Below the pieces are notes generated by a model. It was not told where the DNA came from. It ran no database searches and was given only the letters and a program-made list of their open reading frames with translations. Position numbers and translations under genes: made by a program. From Perkinsus chesapeaki ATCC PRA-425 (taxonomy: Eukaryota > Protista > Perkinsozoa): a DNA stretch of 49,271 nt. Location: the NCBI GenBank assembly GCA_013115145.1, contig JAAPAO010000233.1, forward strand, positions 1 to 49,271, read 5' to 3'. Shown in pieces: positions 1 to 11,549 of this stretch (the first letter of the stretch is position 1; the number at the start of each line of letters is the position of its first letter).

Positions 1-26
1 TATTGTCTGCGCAGATACACTATTAG

Positions 27-950
27 TCACAGTATTAATACAATGTACAGGCGACATAGCAATTTTGCTTGCAGTACCCGTTTCCACAAGCTGGGGGCGT
101 TGTCCTCCAAAGAGTCCCGGGAAGACATGGGTGTTTGGTATCCAGTGTCCTCTGAGTTGGTGTCCTCAGTTACGTAGGTACCTTGTGGGAGGGTCTCGGA
201 GCATTCCACCCAGCTTTCGTCAGAGGATCGATAGTACCATGGATGAGGTGAGGACGGGTTCATCCAATAGGCCCATCTTTTCCTTGCCACCAGTAGTCGG
301 TAAAGGCCACTGGAGGTCAAGAAATTCGTGGTTTGATCACGTGGGTCATAGATGACGGCGTCACTACCACACAAGGAGTTGAGGTCGGGCACGAGCTTGT
401 CGTCGCAGAGGAGGTAGTGGGCCAGAAAATTGCGGTATTGGGTGACTCTTCCCAGGTTCTTGTCATCTTTAGTTATCAGCGAAAAGAGTAACAAGGCGGC
501 CGTCAAAGGTAGGGGAAGAGCTAGATCTCCTTCGCAAAACTTGATGAATTTGGAGACCTGTGTGAGGAACTTTTCACCAGTAAACCTTAGGTCTTTGGTG
601 GCAGATCCTTCTGGGTCGGCGTCACATACGTACTTGTACAGTTTAGGTATGTTCGACGCCCATGTTTCGTTGTACACGTCGGGGAAGTCTTCAGAAATGG
701 ATATGGCAGTGAGGATGACGTCTAGAGGTTCATCAGTGCCGGATCTTGTGGTCCATGTGGATCCTTGTACCGAGCGAAGGATGTGCCTGGCGGCGTGTCC
801 TCTAAGGCAATCTTCGGCCTTAATATCGTTGTAGATTATATCCAAACTTCTTCTCCTCGATGGTTTGGTTAGTTTTGACACTGTTGACGCTTTCGACAAA
901 GTAGCACTCGGGAGCGCAACACCAGCCGGGGTCTTTACTATATCAGACAC
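27..950 (-). CDS. Hypothetical protein (307 aa uninterrupted ORF, no recognisable domain; true start uncertain)
   Basis: Long stop-free ORF with ordinary protein composition. The ORF track start is GTG, so an upstream spliced exon is possible. Confidence 0.5.
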   Translation of the reverse strand: MSDIVKTPAGVALPSATLSKASTVSKLTKPSRRRSLDIIYNDIKAEDCLRGHAARHILRSVQGSTWTTRSGTDEPLDVILTAISISEDFPDVYNETWASNIPKLYKYVCDADPEGSATKDLRFTGEKFLTQVSKFIKFCEGDLALPLPLTAALLLFSLITKDDKNLGRVTQYRNFLAHYLLCDDKLVPDLNSLCGSDAVIYDPRDQTTNFLTSSGLYRLLVARKRWAYWMNPSSPHPWYYRSSDESWVECSETLPQGTYVTEDTNSEDTGYQTPMSSRDSLEDNAPSLWKRVLQAKLLCRLYIVLIL

Positions 951-1529
951 GAGTTGAATTATTCAAAACACCGGTAAACCTGATCGGTGCAATGACACGA
1001 ACTGCTACTATCACTTATCGATTGGACAGCATAATCAAATGCACAATAGTAGTCAGATATCGTTTCATAGATGAAACGAACGAAACTGCCGTAGGATACT
1101 ACACAGTTGATAGTATATTCTTCTTGCAAATTGCACTAAGGGAGTTCTTGTCCACAATAAGTACCACTGGCGGCCATGAGTAAGCCACATACGCCGACAC
1201 GTGTTGGGTATGAGATGGTTGAGGCGGCGGGAGTAGTTGTAGGACGCTTCCATTGCAATAAAAAAGGGGTGTATAACGATTGGTACACATAAATTACGTA
1301 CACTTGAAACTCGTACTCATGGAATTTTTGGCTTTTAACTGGTACACCAAATTCCCGTACACTCAAATCTCTGTCGACAAAATGTGATACACCAAAAATA
1401 GGTTCAGGGCCAAGTAGTACACAAAAATTCCGTTCACATGAGTGTCGTACACTAAGATTTGGTTCAGTTTGATTTCGTACTCCTCGAACTCGTACACCCG
1501 ATGGCTCGTACACTTATGCGATTTTTTTT

Positions 1530-1595
1530 CAGTTCAGTAGGGAGATCACTAGTTTGTTAATCCAAAGGCTGAGCGTTCAATCCCAAGAGGCGACA
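1530..1595 (+). pseudogene. Pseudo-tRNA (Asn GTT-like) inside MITE
   Basis: A-box-like AGTTCAGTAGG, anticodon GTT at 1556-58 followed by AA, T-loop TTCAATC at 1576-82, discriminator A at 1595. Stems are degenerate. Confidence 0.5.
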
Positions 1596-1682
1596 CAACT
1601 GGCAAACTTTGTCTGTCCGGCGGAGCAATTAGCACTTTTGGGGATCAATGTTGAGTCAATGCGACATTAAATTGTATAGTCG

Positions 1683-1754
1683 GATTTCTCTAGTGGTATT
1701 AGGGCTATCTGACATGGGCAAGGTTCTAGGTTCGAATCTGACCCGGGGTATTTT
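1683..1754 (+). pseudogene. Pseudo-tRNA inside MITE
   Basis: TAGTGGTA A-box-like motif, GGTTCGAATC B-box with T54 at 1731, A at 1750, then TTTT. Poor stem pairing. Confidence 0.5.
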
Positions 1755-2795
1755 CAGTTCATGGGAGTGTGAGAAGGTGAAAGCCTGGGGTAACCATGCT
1801 GGGAGTTGAAGCGCGGCCACATCAACTGCCTTTTAAAATTTTTCGAGTGTACGTAATGAAAGTGTACGAGATATACGTGTATGAAAAAAGTGTGGATCGA
1901 TATTTTGGTGTATGAAATGGGGGTGAACGGAATGAAAGTGTACGAACTTTTGGTGTACTGAATGCAAGTGTACCGAGCTTATGGATACGAGATAGTAATG
2001 AACGTACTTTTGGTAGTCGAACTGCCGATGATCTGAATAGGAGCGAGCGAGCTGACTGTGTACGTGTTTCAAGCAATCGAGTTGATTGTGAACGTGATTT
2101 ATGAAGATCAAACATTGAGTGTACGTGTTTTATGTGTACCAATCGTTAACATCCCTAAAAAAGAGGTATCGATATGTTATTTGTAGGTTAAGATGTGGAC
2201 TAGCACTCTGTGTGGTCTGCGTGACTTTTTGTCCCTAGTGTGTGGCTTGTGCTTTGTGAGACTGCGTGACGGTGTCTAATGATTGGATCCGTAACTTACG
2301 GACCGTAAGTGTTATACATTTGAGTTACTACTATACGTCTTCTGGCTTTCAGACAAGAAGTCCGATCATCCGCTGACAGATGGCCGCAACTATTGAGTCC
2401 TGTTGAGTTTCTTTGACATGTGAATTACATTATATGTTGTAAATTCGTAATGTTGCGTTGTTCAGTGGAGGTTGAGTATGTGTTCGTTGTCGGACTTACC
2501 TGTGAAATAAGTGTGTGGTTACCGGATAGTGCTCAGTTGTTAGCGAGTGTCTAAGATAGCGTGAAAGAAAGCGTGAATACTTACTATCGTCCATTGAATA
2601 CCGTTCATAGGGTTAGAGTTATCTACTGACATCCAGCAGATTGAGAGCAGAACCCATTTATCGTATTTACGATACACGATCTAAGGTTTTACATATTATT
2701 AATGTACGACTCAATGTTACGCGAATGTGGAACTTTTCCTCCCATCAAGCAGCTTGTGGCTTTCGTGGTCGTTGTGTATATATTAGTAGTGAATT

Positions 2796-2820
2796 AACCT
2801 CGACCAAGGTTCGAACCTGG
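2796..2820 (-). repeat. tRNA 3'-end (T-arm) cassette
   Basis: Minus strand CCAGG TTCGAAC CTTGG TCGAGGT, a paired T-stem plus 3' acceptor strand. Confidence 0.55.
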
Positions 2821-4090
2821 AGCGCGTGATGGATAGATAAAATGTTTAACTGCGCGAATATTCATGCTCACGGAATGCGTGTTTGATTGAATGACGTTAC
2901 AAGGGTGCCGTATGAAGAAGTTGTCGATACTGTGAAACGGCATAGATTTGGCCGATTAGTGTCGTTATCACGAATGACAGGTAAAATCGACACAGATATT
3001 GACGAAACAGTGGTTTTGTTTGTCGAAAATGTAGCACAAATTCTTGGCTGCTTGTTTGAAACACACTATTGTCGTAAGAGTAATATTCAGCTTTATGACA
3101 TCTGTCGTATAAGGAAAATATTGTAGATTAGACATAGGAATCGTCGATAGCGGTTTGGACAGGTAGTTTTAAAAAATGCTTGTCGAAAACGGACGGCACG
3201 AGTGTTGTTGATAGCGGGGATCAGACGTAGATTCGGAGGTAGTCATAGGAAACACAAAGCACGTGGATTAGTGCAAACGTTAACTCGTTCAAGAGTAATT
3301 AGTCACTTAACTGCTCACGCTAAGAAACTGCATCACCGTTACAGGCGAGCGACACAAATGAGTATCTTATGGCGAGCGAGACCCACTACTATGTCCCAGA
3401 TGAGGGAGTAACCATCTTGTTCTTAATGTTCGTGCTACTATTATTTCAATCACTTCCTACTAACTTCCAGAGTAAACCAAACACCAGTCGGATATAGCAG
3501 AATATAATTGGTAAGATAATAAATAGTACGAGTAGTAAATCAACTACAAAGAAAAGAATATATAGGAAACATACCACATGTAACTTTATTAAAGCTACTC
3601 TAGCACTAGCTTAATGATGAAAGAGAATCTTGTGGTATAAAGGAATCGCAAGATAACAAGATTCTGCTACAACTAGCAGGCGCTTGAATGGAGCGATTGC
3701 CACAGTGTCTCTCTGGTAGTGAGAAAACGCGCGATTCATGCAATATGCGGGAAACACTAAGGTTAAGTTCCCCGGTGAACCTAAGTAGTTCCAGAAAAAT
3801 TTTAAGCCCAATTATTGTACTAATAGTTATATACTCAATCACTTCCTTTAGTCTTGAGTCATCCTGTTACACCATGACATGAGTATACTTAGTAACTTCT
3901 ATCGATCTGATTCGGATCATTTAAATGTGCTGATAATGAATTATTTTATAAATATATGTTGCACTACGACGGTGAAATTCACCAATCCTTGCCAATATTC
4001 GCCCTATTAATGCTAATGTACGTTAGTTATCTACTTGCCAGTTAAACCTTCTCAGTTCTATTTCCTCAAGTTGATATATTCCTTCTTCAA

Positions 4091-7000
4091 ATGCCTGGCA
4101 AAAAAGGTAAAAGTTATTACAAAAGGAAAGGAAATCAATGTAAAAAGGGAGAGGAACAGGAGTGTAGTCAAGATGGCTGGAGGTACTAATGATGGTTTAT
4201 ATTTATTAATATATTACGTGTACGGAAATAAATTCACTAAATACTGTTCCTCTGTCGAAGAGCAAGGTACTTGGTCGTATGAGAATACTACTTTTAACTA
4301 CTGTTATTATTTTCATTTTGATATTGTAGATCTCAACATATACCAGTGTGCAGGAAATTGTTATTATATTTGTTTTAATTTTTATAAATTCATTTAGTTT
4401 TTGATTGATTCATCAACGAATTAATCATTTTTAATATTATAACCGTTTTTAATTTTTATACGTTTCAAACCGTGCATTGTCTACTTCCCGCCTTAAACTG
4501 GAATTTGGTTCATATTGGATTCCAAACGCTCACGAGAATTTATATTTCCATGTAGATCAAATATATGTAGGAATTGAGAAAATTTTGGAGAAAATTTCAC
4601 AGAAATTTCGATACACTTGTATTTCCTAGAATATGAGCATCTCCTTTTTATATCGGTTCAGTTAGGAAATTACAGAGGTAGTAACATTTGGCGGTCTGGG
4701 AATATGTCAAGATTGGTAGAATCAGTTTTATAGTAATTAACAACAACACAGCATAAATGATAATTGTCACACATTGATCATTTTCTCCGGCAGTACTCCT
4801 CAAACGTTAATCAGTAAAGTGGATATTGTGTAGCCACCACATGGTCAGTGGATGGTCTATGGTTGAGTATAACGGCGTTATGCAATACGCCAGTTATACG
4901 AGCTCATCGTGGTCTTATCTTATCGTGGCCATTAATTGGCTCGCTTATCGAGCTTGTTATACAATACACTCATATAGTATAAACGTTATGAGCGTTATAA
5001 CGTTAAGAATTAACTGTTTGATCGTTCCACAGCCCTCAGGACCGATTATGAGTGACCATCTACTTTATTATAGCTCGTATGGCACCATATGAGCTTTCAT
5101 ACTGATCAACTTCCGAAGAGTAATTTCTACCAGGAACATTTATTTTTCGATCAAGTTGGAACATGCTCGTAATCGAGAGCATACTTCTTGATCCCGCATG
5201 CGAAAATCGATCTGAAGTCTCCCAAATATTTCCTTTTCTCTAATAGTAAATAATGAAGCCACTGGCAATAAATATACGACCAAACGATTTCATCGATTAT
5301 TATTTCACCACAACGAGTTTGCGGATGATCTTTTTTCATTCCAGTCAGGGGTTTATGTTTAAAACGTTATTCCTTCGATTGGGGGAAATAAATTTGTCGA
5401 TAAGGAAAATGTTGAAAAACTGTTCCACTAGATTGTGAACAATGTTTTTATAGGTATGATTCACGCGGAGATAAACCAACATTCCAGAGCAACGCCTTCG
5501 ATGACTATTACAATACGCAGGCGCTCCTACCGCCGGAGGAGTGGAAAAAGGTAATAAAAATGAGAAACGGTGCGGAGCGTTGGGAAAAATAATAGATGAC
5601 ATTATGATATATTTTTTAGGAGTTATAATGTGCCTTCTGGAAATAAGTAATATTACGTGACTTGTTAAGTAACTTGTTTTAGTGTATAACAGTACGAATA
5701 TAGACGTATTGTTATTGCGTACGAATATGATATAACAGGAATAATATATAACAATATGTATATTAATATGTTAGTAGCAATACAATAATAATACTAATAC
5801 AATAATACTAATACAATAATACTAATACAATAATACAATAATACTAACTAATACAATAATATTATTCGAATGTTAGTAATAAGTGACTTGTGAATCATAC
5901 AATACACTGTTATATTAATAAATTGTGTAAAGTTTATACGAGCGTATCAGTGATGTGAAGAACAGGTGATAAATGCATCAGTGGTTTATAGTGTATATAT
6001 TGACCAAGGGGTGATAGAAGTATTAGTGATTAATTAGCAATTGAAGCTGAAGTGAACTTGAAAAGCGAAAATGAAAACTATCTCGAAGGCAGAACAAAGC
6101 AAGAATTTTTTTGGGAAAAATAGCAAAAAGCGCCGCATTGCAGCACTAAAACCATTCAGTGAGGACAGCGGAACTTTCTGGCACGTTTCAAAATGGCTGT
6201 TGAAAATGTAACTTTATTGTGAATAATTAGTACCTTTTTTGCCGGGTTTCCAAGATTCCATTGGAGCCACTTATGAACCATCCGAAAATGGTTGAGTGAA
6301 GATTTAGATATTTTCCGAATATATAGGAGAATACGGTCCTTGTGATCGTATAGATCTCTATCTCCATCGCGTAGGTTTCCTTATTTCCCATGAATTTCCA
6401 GTAAATCTCTTTCATTATTTCCCATGAATTTCCCGTAAATTTCCTGTAAATCCCCGAAATTTTCTGCAAATTCTTCTGAAATTTTCTGTGAACTTCTCTT
6501 TTTTTAAACTTTTTCATGTTAGACGGTAGAATGTCTCCGAACTACCTTGCCGACGAGCTTCAGAGTGATGGACTTGGGAGTGTCATCGGAGATTGTTAAG
6601 GAACAAGCCAAGAAATTCCAGGTAAAAAAACCGCGCGCCGCAAAATTAGGTCGAGTTTGTCAGGGAGAAATATCCAAGATTCATCCGGGACAGTTCCAAG
6701 AGCTTCCGTTTATTAAGGATGCATACCAGGTAATTTCGTGGCGCGCGGTCAGGAAAGTACTGTGTGATCTGATTAAGGGAAATACTGCGGGGAATTGGAG
6801 GGTCATGTTTTGCGATCTTTTTTCCCAGTTCCGGATTGTTTGTTAACAAGGCAGGAAAAGTTTGCGGAAATTCCGCCGAATTTTGGTTGATTATTTTTTC
6901 TCCCAGCATCGCAGAGTGAGATTTCGAAAATCTATTCTCCATAGCGATTTTGTGAGAGAAGTGGGAGGACGTGATCGGAGCCAGTTCCAGCTGGAACGTA

Positions 7001-10000
7001 TTGTGCCCAGAAATGTTTGAAATGAATTATAGAAATATAATAGCACTCTAATGCCCGATAAACAGCTTAATATATCTTATAGAGTAGTACGTATTACATA
7101 AATGAAAGTATTGGTTGTTTTGATAGTAATAGCGATTTAACTGTTATTTTTGAAAGTGACGGTTTTGTCAGTTGCTAACAGTGAGACTGTTTCAAGTTAA
7201 ACTATCGATCAGACTGAAACTAGGTCAGCTGCCAGCCGTTGGAAAGCTTAGCTCTTTTACACACTCTCCACTCGACATATTAATTCCGGTTTAAAATATC
7301 TTTGCAACATGCCAAAGAAATGCAGCATTTTCGAATGACTGGTCTGGAAATTTTTGGACATCTCGGATGCGCACCGACTTCTCTCACTTTATCAGGTTAA
7401 TCTTCCGCGACCGGTTCTGAGGGCTCCTTTATCTGGACTTAAATCATTTCACGAATTCTTGGTTAATCAAGGCCAAGCTGGTGTGCTGATGCGCCAGGTA
7501 AGATTTGCTGTTTTATCACGACATTTATTTTATTGAGATTCTTCATTAAGTCAAGCTTTAGTGTTCTGGCGTTTTCCTGGAAATCGATCGTGTGATCGAT
7601 TTACTTTCATTTATTCAGGAAACCGTTTCGATGTTGCCGGCGCTCGCATTGAAAGGAGAACTACAGTAGGGTGGCTGAAATCTTGCAATCTTGATAAATC
7701 TTGCATTTCCTCAGGCAAGATTCTCTTGTGCTTGATATCTGCTCCGCACCGGGCAGCAAGACAAGTCAATTATTGGAGATGATGAATGACTGCCCGAGAC
7801 CAGATCCATCGAAACCACCGGAAGGTAACAGGCATCTTTACGCACTCGGAAGAATTTCGAATCGNNNNNNNNNNNNNNNNNNNNNNNNNNNNNNNNNNNN
7901 NNNNNNNNNNNNNNNNNNNNNNNNNNNNNNNNNNNNNNNNNNNNNNNNNNNNNNNNNNNNNNNCTATCTTTACGCACTCGGAAGAATTTCGAATCGTATC
8001 TTTACGCACTCGGAAGAATTTCGAATCGTATCTTTACGCACTCGGAAGAATTTCGAATCGTATCTTTACGCACTCGGAAGAATTTCGGATCGTATCTTTC
8101 CGTATCACTGGTAGAAATTGAAGATGAGATCCTTGATTATTGCAAAGAGTTTGCCAATAATATGATAAAAGTATACTTAACCGTATTTCCCATTTTAAAA
8201 AATGAGGAAAAATCATCAAGTGCGAAATTCGAAAATCGATCAAACGTTACAGGATTGATGATATATATGAAAATAAAAATAGTAATGGTAAAAATAATCG
8301 AGGTAAATCGTAGGTAAATTTTTATCATTTATTTTTACAACTTTCCATTTTACAATTTAAAAAAAATCCCTTCAGGGATGGTGGTGGCCAATGAGCTGGT
8401 TGTGAAGCGTGCCCACCTCCTGATTCATCGTCTCCGTCATCACAACTCACCAAATCTAGTCGTCACTGCGCACGCTGGTCAAGCCTTTCCGACGTGCTAC
8501 GATGAAGTTACGGGAAAAAGGATTGAATTCGATGCGGCCCTTTGCGATGTGAGAAAGGGCGTGGGTTCGATTCCTGGTGGAGGCATTTTTAGGCACCGTG
8601 CTCGGGAGATGGGACGCTGCGAAAGTCGCCGGACTTGTGGGCGAGGTGGCACCCGAACGCCGGGTTGAGCTGTCACAGACTGCAGCGGTCGATTTTGAAA
8701 CGCACCGCTGCTTTAGTGAAAGTGGGCGGCGTGATTGTGTAAGTTTTGTGGTCGAGAGGTCTCCGGCAGCTCGATCGAGGAAGGCTATGATCGCCATTCG
8801 GTAGCTCTTGCTTTGGGTATACTAGGAAATATACGAAAAGTGGGTTCTGATCTTATCCGGAAGGTTTGCGGGCAAAAAAACTCCGCAGAAAAATGACAGG
8901 CCTGGGGATCGAACTTGCGTCCGTGCAACAGAATTTACTGATGATTCTTCGAGCCCCGTATTATATATTGTAGAGGAGTTTGGTATTTTATTATTTCGCT
9001 ATATAGTATAATAAAGCTTCATCATTATCAATAATAAAATTTGAATTATATTTATGGACGTCTTCGGGTGACAGGGGCGGATTATCGAACTCGTCGTTTT
9101 GAAATAGCAACCCGAGGAATATAATCGATCCTGTTCCTCATTTACTTTATTTTTTATTGATCACTTGTTAGTTTTTATTTTTTCCCAGCTACTCTACCTG
9201 TGCTTTGAACCCTATCGAAGATGAAGCTGTGGTCGGCAGTGTTGTGGCATCATCTGAGGGAGCTTTGGTACTGAGTCGGTGGAAGGAGGAACCGAAAGGG
9301 CTGAAATACGAGAAAGGAGCTACGAATTGGAAAGTTAAAAGTGGTGGAAAATGGTAAGAAACTTTCGAGGATTATTTGCCTGACATTTTTTACATCTTTT
9401 CCCTCGGAATTTCCCCATTTTCTTGTCCCAAAATTCTCACAATTTTTTCTGAGTTTTAGCACTGTTGGTCGGAGCTCCTCGATATTGGATAATATTGTCT
9501 TTTTATTCTGAAGAATCACCAAAAAAGCTCTCCGAACGAAGTCGCCGGCGGTCGCCTTCCCGACTCAGCATCACATGACATCTTGGTAGAGTGCTTTTCC
9601 GTCAAGTATAGAAAATTTCAGGGCTCATTTTGCCCCCAAGTTGCTCGCGTTGATGAACTACTTAATGGTAGCAAACCCAACGAATGTTAGTTTTGGGTTC
9701 AGTCCAATGTTGATCGATGATGGGGATAATAATTTCTGTCTCAGGTTCACGAGCTTCGAGGAGGCCCAGGCGGAGCTCGGGGACGGGAAGGATGCCCGAT
9801 TGGTGAAATCGTCGATGTTCCCGCAAGCTTCTGAGGGCGTCGATCTGTCACAGTGTGTCAGAGTCTATCCTCATCTACAGGTGAGTTCGATTCCTGGCGA
9901 GGGTATTTTACTCGCATTTTTCGGTTCACCAAATTTTTCACGGCAATGGCAGATTTTTTTGAAAATTTTCCCGAAATTTGTTTTTTTTTAGAATACTGGA

Positions 10001-10999
10001 GGCTTCTTTATTGCGGTTATAAGGAAGGTGCGGAGAGTTCCTTGGGAGACTATGAGCGATAATTTAACAGATGATGAAGATACGTGTGAGGTTGAGAAGA
10101 AAGATACTTCTGAGGTTGACAAGAAAGATACTTCTGAGGTTGACAAGAAAGATACTTCTGAGGTTGAGAAGAAAGATACTTCTGAGGTTGAGAAGAAAGA
10201 TACTTCTGAGGTTGAGAAGAAGGATACTTCTGAGGTTGAGAAGAAAGATACTTCTGAGGTTGAGAAGAAGGATACTTCTGAGGTTGAGAAGAAGGATACT
10301 TCTGAGGTTGAGAAGAAAGATACTTCTGAGGTTGAGAAGAGAGCATCTTATCGATCGGTATGTACAGGCGAACCTGATCGATCTCCGATAAGCAGCGCGC
10401 CTTCGAGAGAAGAGAAGCAATCTGACTTCTACGAGTGCCCAGAAGATTTTGCGGCGAAATTGAAATCTCAATTTGGCATTCCGGAGTCGGAAGTGGACGG
10501 TCTACTGTGGTCCAAAAGTCCCGAGCCGACGCCGAGGAAGCTGTGGTTGATGAGTCGATCAGTTGATCGATTTCTGCGTAGCTATTCTCGGCATGGGTTG
10601 AAGGTTGTATCCGCCGGCACACCTGCATTCGATCGGCCCTCGGGGGCTCATAGCGAACCGCGCGTGCTGATGACAGCGCTGCAGTGGTTAACTATATCGA
10701 AAAGGGTGTATGATATCACTCCAAAAAATTTCGCAAAATTGTTGATAACCAAAATTCCAGCCGAAGCAGTTGGCCTTGGTGAGGCCAAGGAGAGCGCCAT
10801 CGTGGCTCGGTGTAGGGTGGGCGATGTGACGCTGAGGATGCCTGTCTATCGGGGGAGGCATTTGGCGGAAGGTTTGGTTTCAGAAGACACTCGACCGGGA
10901 TTGGCATGGTGTATCTCGAAGGAAATAAATGAAGGTAGGATGGCTAGAGGTGTCAGAAAGTTGCCTGGAGTAATCGTCATTGAATCGGTCATTTCGTAA
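4091..10999 (+). CDS. NSUN2: NSUN2/Trm4-family tRNA (cytosine-5) methyltransferase, 12 exons: 4091-4182, 5454-5550, 6523-6621, 6664-6729, 7396-7497, 7619-7665, 7715-7824, 8376-8548, 8593-8738, 9189-9353, 9745-9880, 9992-10999
   Basis: Spliced motifs in order: FDDYYNTQ..EEW, LPTSFRV, RQ/ETVSM, VLDICSAPGSKT, VVANE, D/APCSGDGTLRK, V/YSTCALNPIEDE, PHLQ/NTGGFFIAV. All introns are GT-AG and all phases are compatible. Confidence 0.92.
5779..5862. repeat. AT-rich ~14-bp tandem repeat (AATACTAATACAAT) in NSUN2 intron 2
   Basis: Visible tandem units. Confidence 0.7.
7830..8100. repeat. 32-bp minisatellite (TATCTTTACGCACTCGGAAGAATTTCGAATCG)n interrupted by an assembly gap, in NSUN2 intron 7
   Basis: Near-identical contiguous units on both sides of the N run, with no spacers. 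Confidence 0.9.
8549..8592 (+). repeat. 44-nt intron composed of tRNA 3'-half (positions ~37-73) + TTTTT + AG
   Basis: GTGAGAAAGGGC GTGGG TTCGATT CCTGG TGGAGGC A TTTTT AG. Its removal restores the conserved DAPCSGDG motif. Confidence 0.75.
8894..8925 (-). repeat. tRNA 3'-end cassette, antisense, inside NSUN2 intron 9
   Basis: Minus strand GCAAG TTCGATC CCCAG GCCTGTC A TTTTT. Confidence 0.6.
9881..9909 (+). repeat. tRNA T-arm cassette forming the 5' end of NSUN2 intron 11
   Basis: Intron starts GTGAG TTCGATT CCTGG CGAGGGT A TTTT. Confidence 0.7.
10088..10341 (+). repeat. Coding 24-bp tandem repeat (EVEKKDTS x ~10.5) in NSUN2 last exon
   Basis: Ten full units plus a partial unit, in frame. 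Confidence 0.95.
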
Positions 11000-11206
11000 T
11001 TTTTGAAATCGACCGGAATTTGCCTCACCAGTAGGTGAACAGTATAGAAGTATAATTCGAAGAATAACATCTTCGAAGAATTTGCAGTGGCCGGGCTGAA
11101 ACGGTGGCGAGGAGGCCTTTTCGAGGAATGGGACAGGCGACACAGAGATGTCTAGCTAGTCTCAAGAGATTTTGCTCCTCCTAGCAGAATTCACTTACGC
11201 AGCGGA

Positions 11207-11464
11207 TTGTGTGCCAGCAACATCGCAATGACTTTTTTGTCAGATATCGATTTCCCCGGTTTGACCTTGTCGGCTAACAGTGATATAAAATTGAGTGATA
11301 AGGCAGTCGAAGGGGAAGCCTCGGCTGTGAAGAAGGAAAACGTTTCGGACACTTCCAACCTCGAGAGCTACGACGCCGTTCTGGCCGGTTTGGTGACTTC
11401 CTCGGTGGTGATCGCCGTGGCGGGGACAGCGTTGTTTGTGTACAGAACTCTACGCAGGGATTAA
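11207..11464 (+). CDS. Small putative single-pass (tail-anchored-like) membrane protein; 5' end uncertain
   Basis: Acidic N-region, then hydrophobic AVLAGLVTSSVVIAVAGTALFVY, then a basic tail RTLRRD. Confidence 0.4.
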   Translation: MCASNIAMTFLSDIDFPGLTLSANSDIKLSDKAVEGEASAVKKENVSDTSNLESYDAVLAGLVTSSVVIAVAGTALFVYRTLRRD

Positions 11465-11549
11465 TAAGGCAAAAGTTTCTACCAGATGGATTCGTTTGAG
11501 TTTTCGCTTATCGATCACGTGATCGATTTGGTACAAGTTCTATCTTGTA

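Larger units (their letters stand above)
1267..2155. mobile_element. Non-autonomous hAT-like DNA transposon (MITE) with TIRs, 8-bp TSD and 15-bp-periodic subterminal arrays
   Basis: Left end GGGTGTATAACGATTGGTACACATAAA matches the reverse complement of the right end GGGATGT-TAACGATTGGTACACATAAA. Direct repeat TAAAAAAG at 1259-1266 and 2156-2163. GTACAC-like motifs recur every ~15 bp at 1283-1508 and as inverted GTGTAC at 1847-2134. Confidence 0.8.

Noticed and set aside
7830-8100. CRISPR-like 32-bp repeats
   Set aside because: Units are contiguous with no unique spacers, no cas genes are present, and the array lies in a eukaryotic intron.
10050-10628. Alternative-frame ORFs over the 24-bp repeat (poly-RRKILL, LLNLRSI, SSQPQKY)
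   Set aside because: Shadow frames of a stop-free tandem repeat inside NSUN2.
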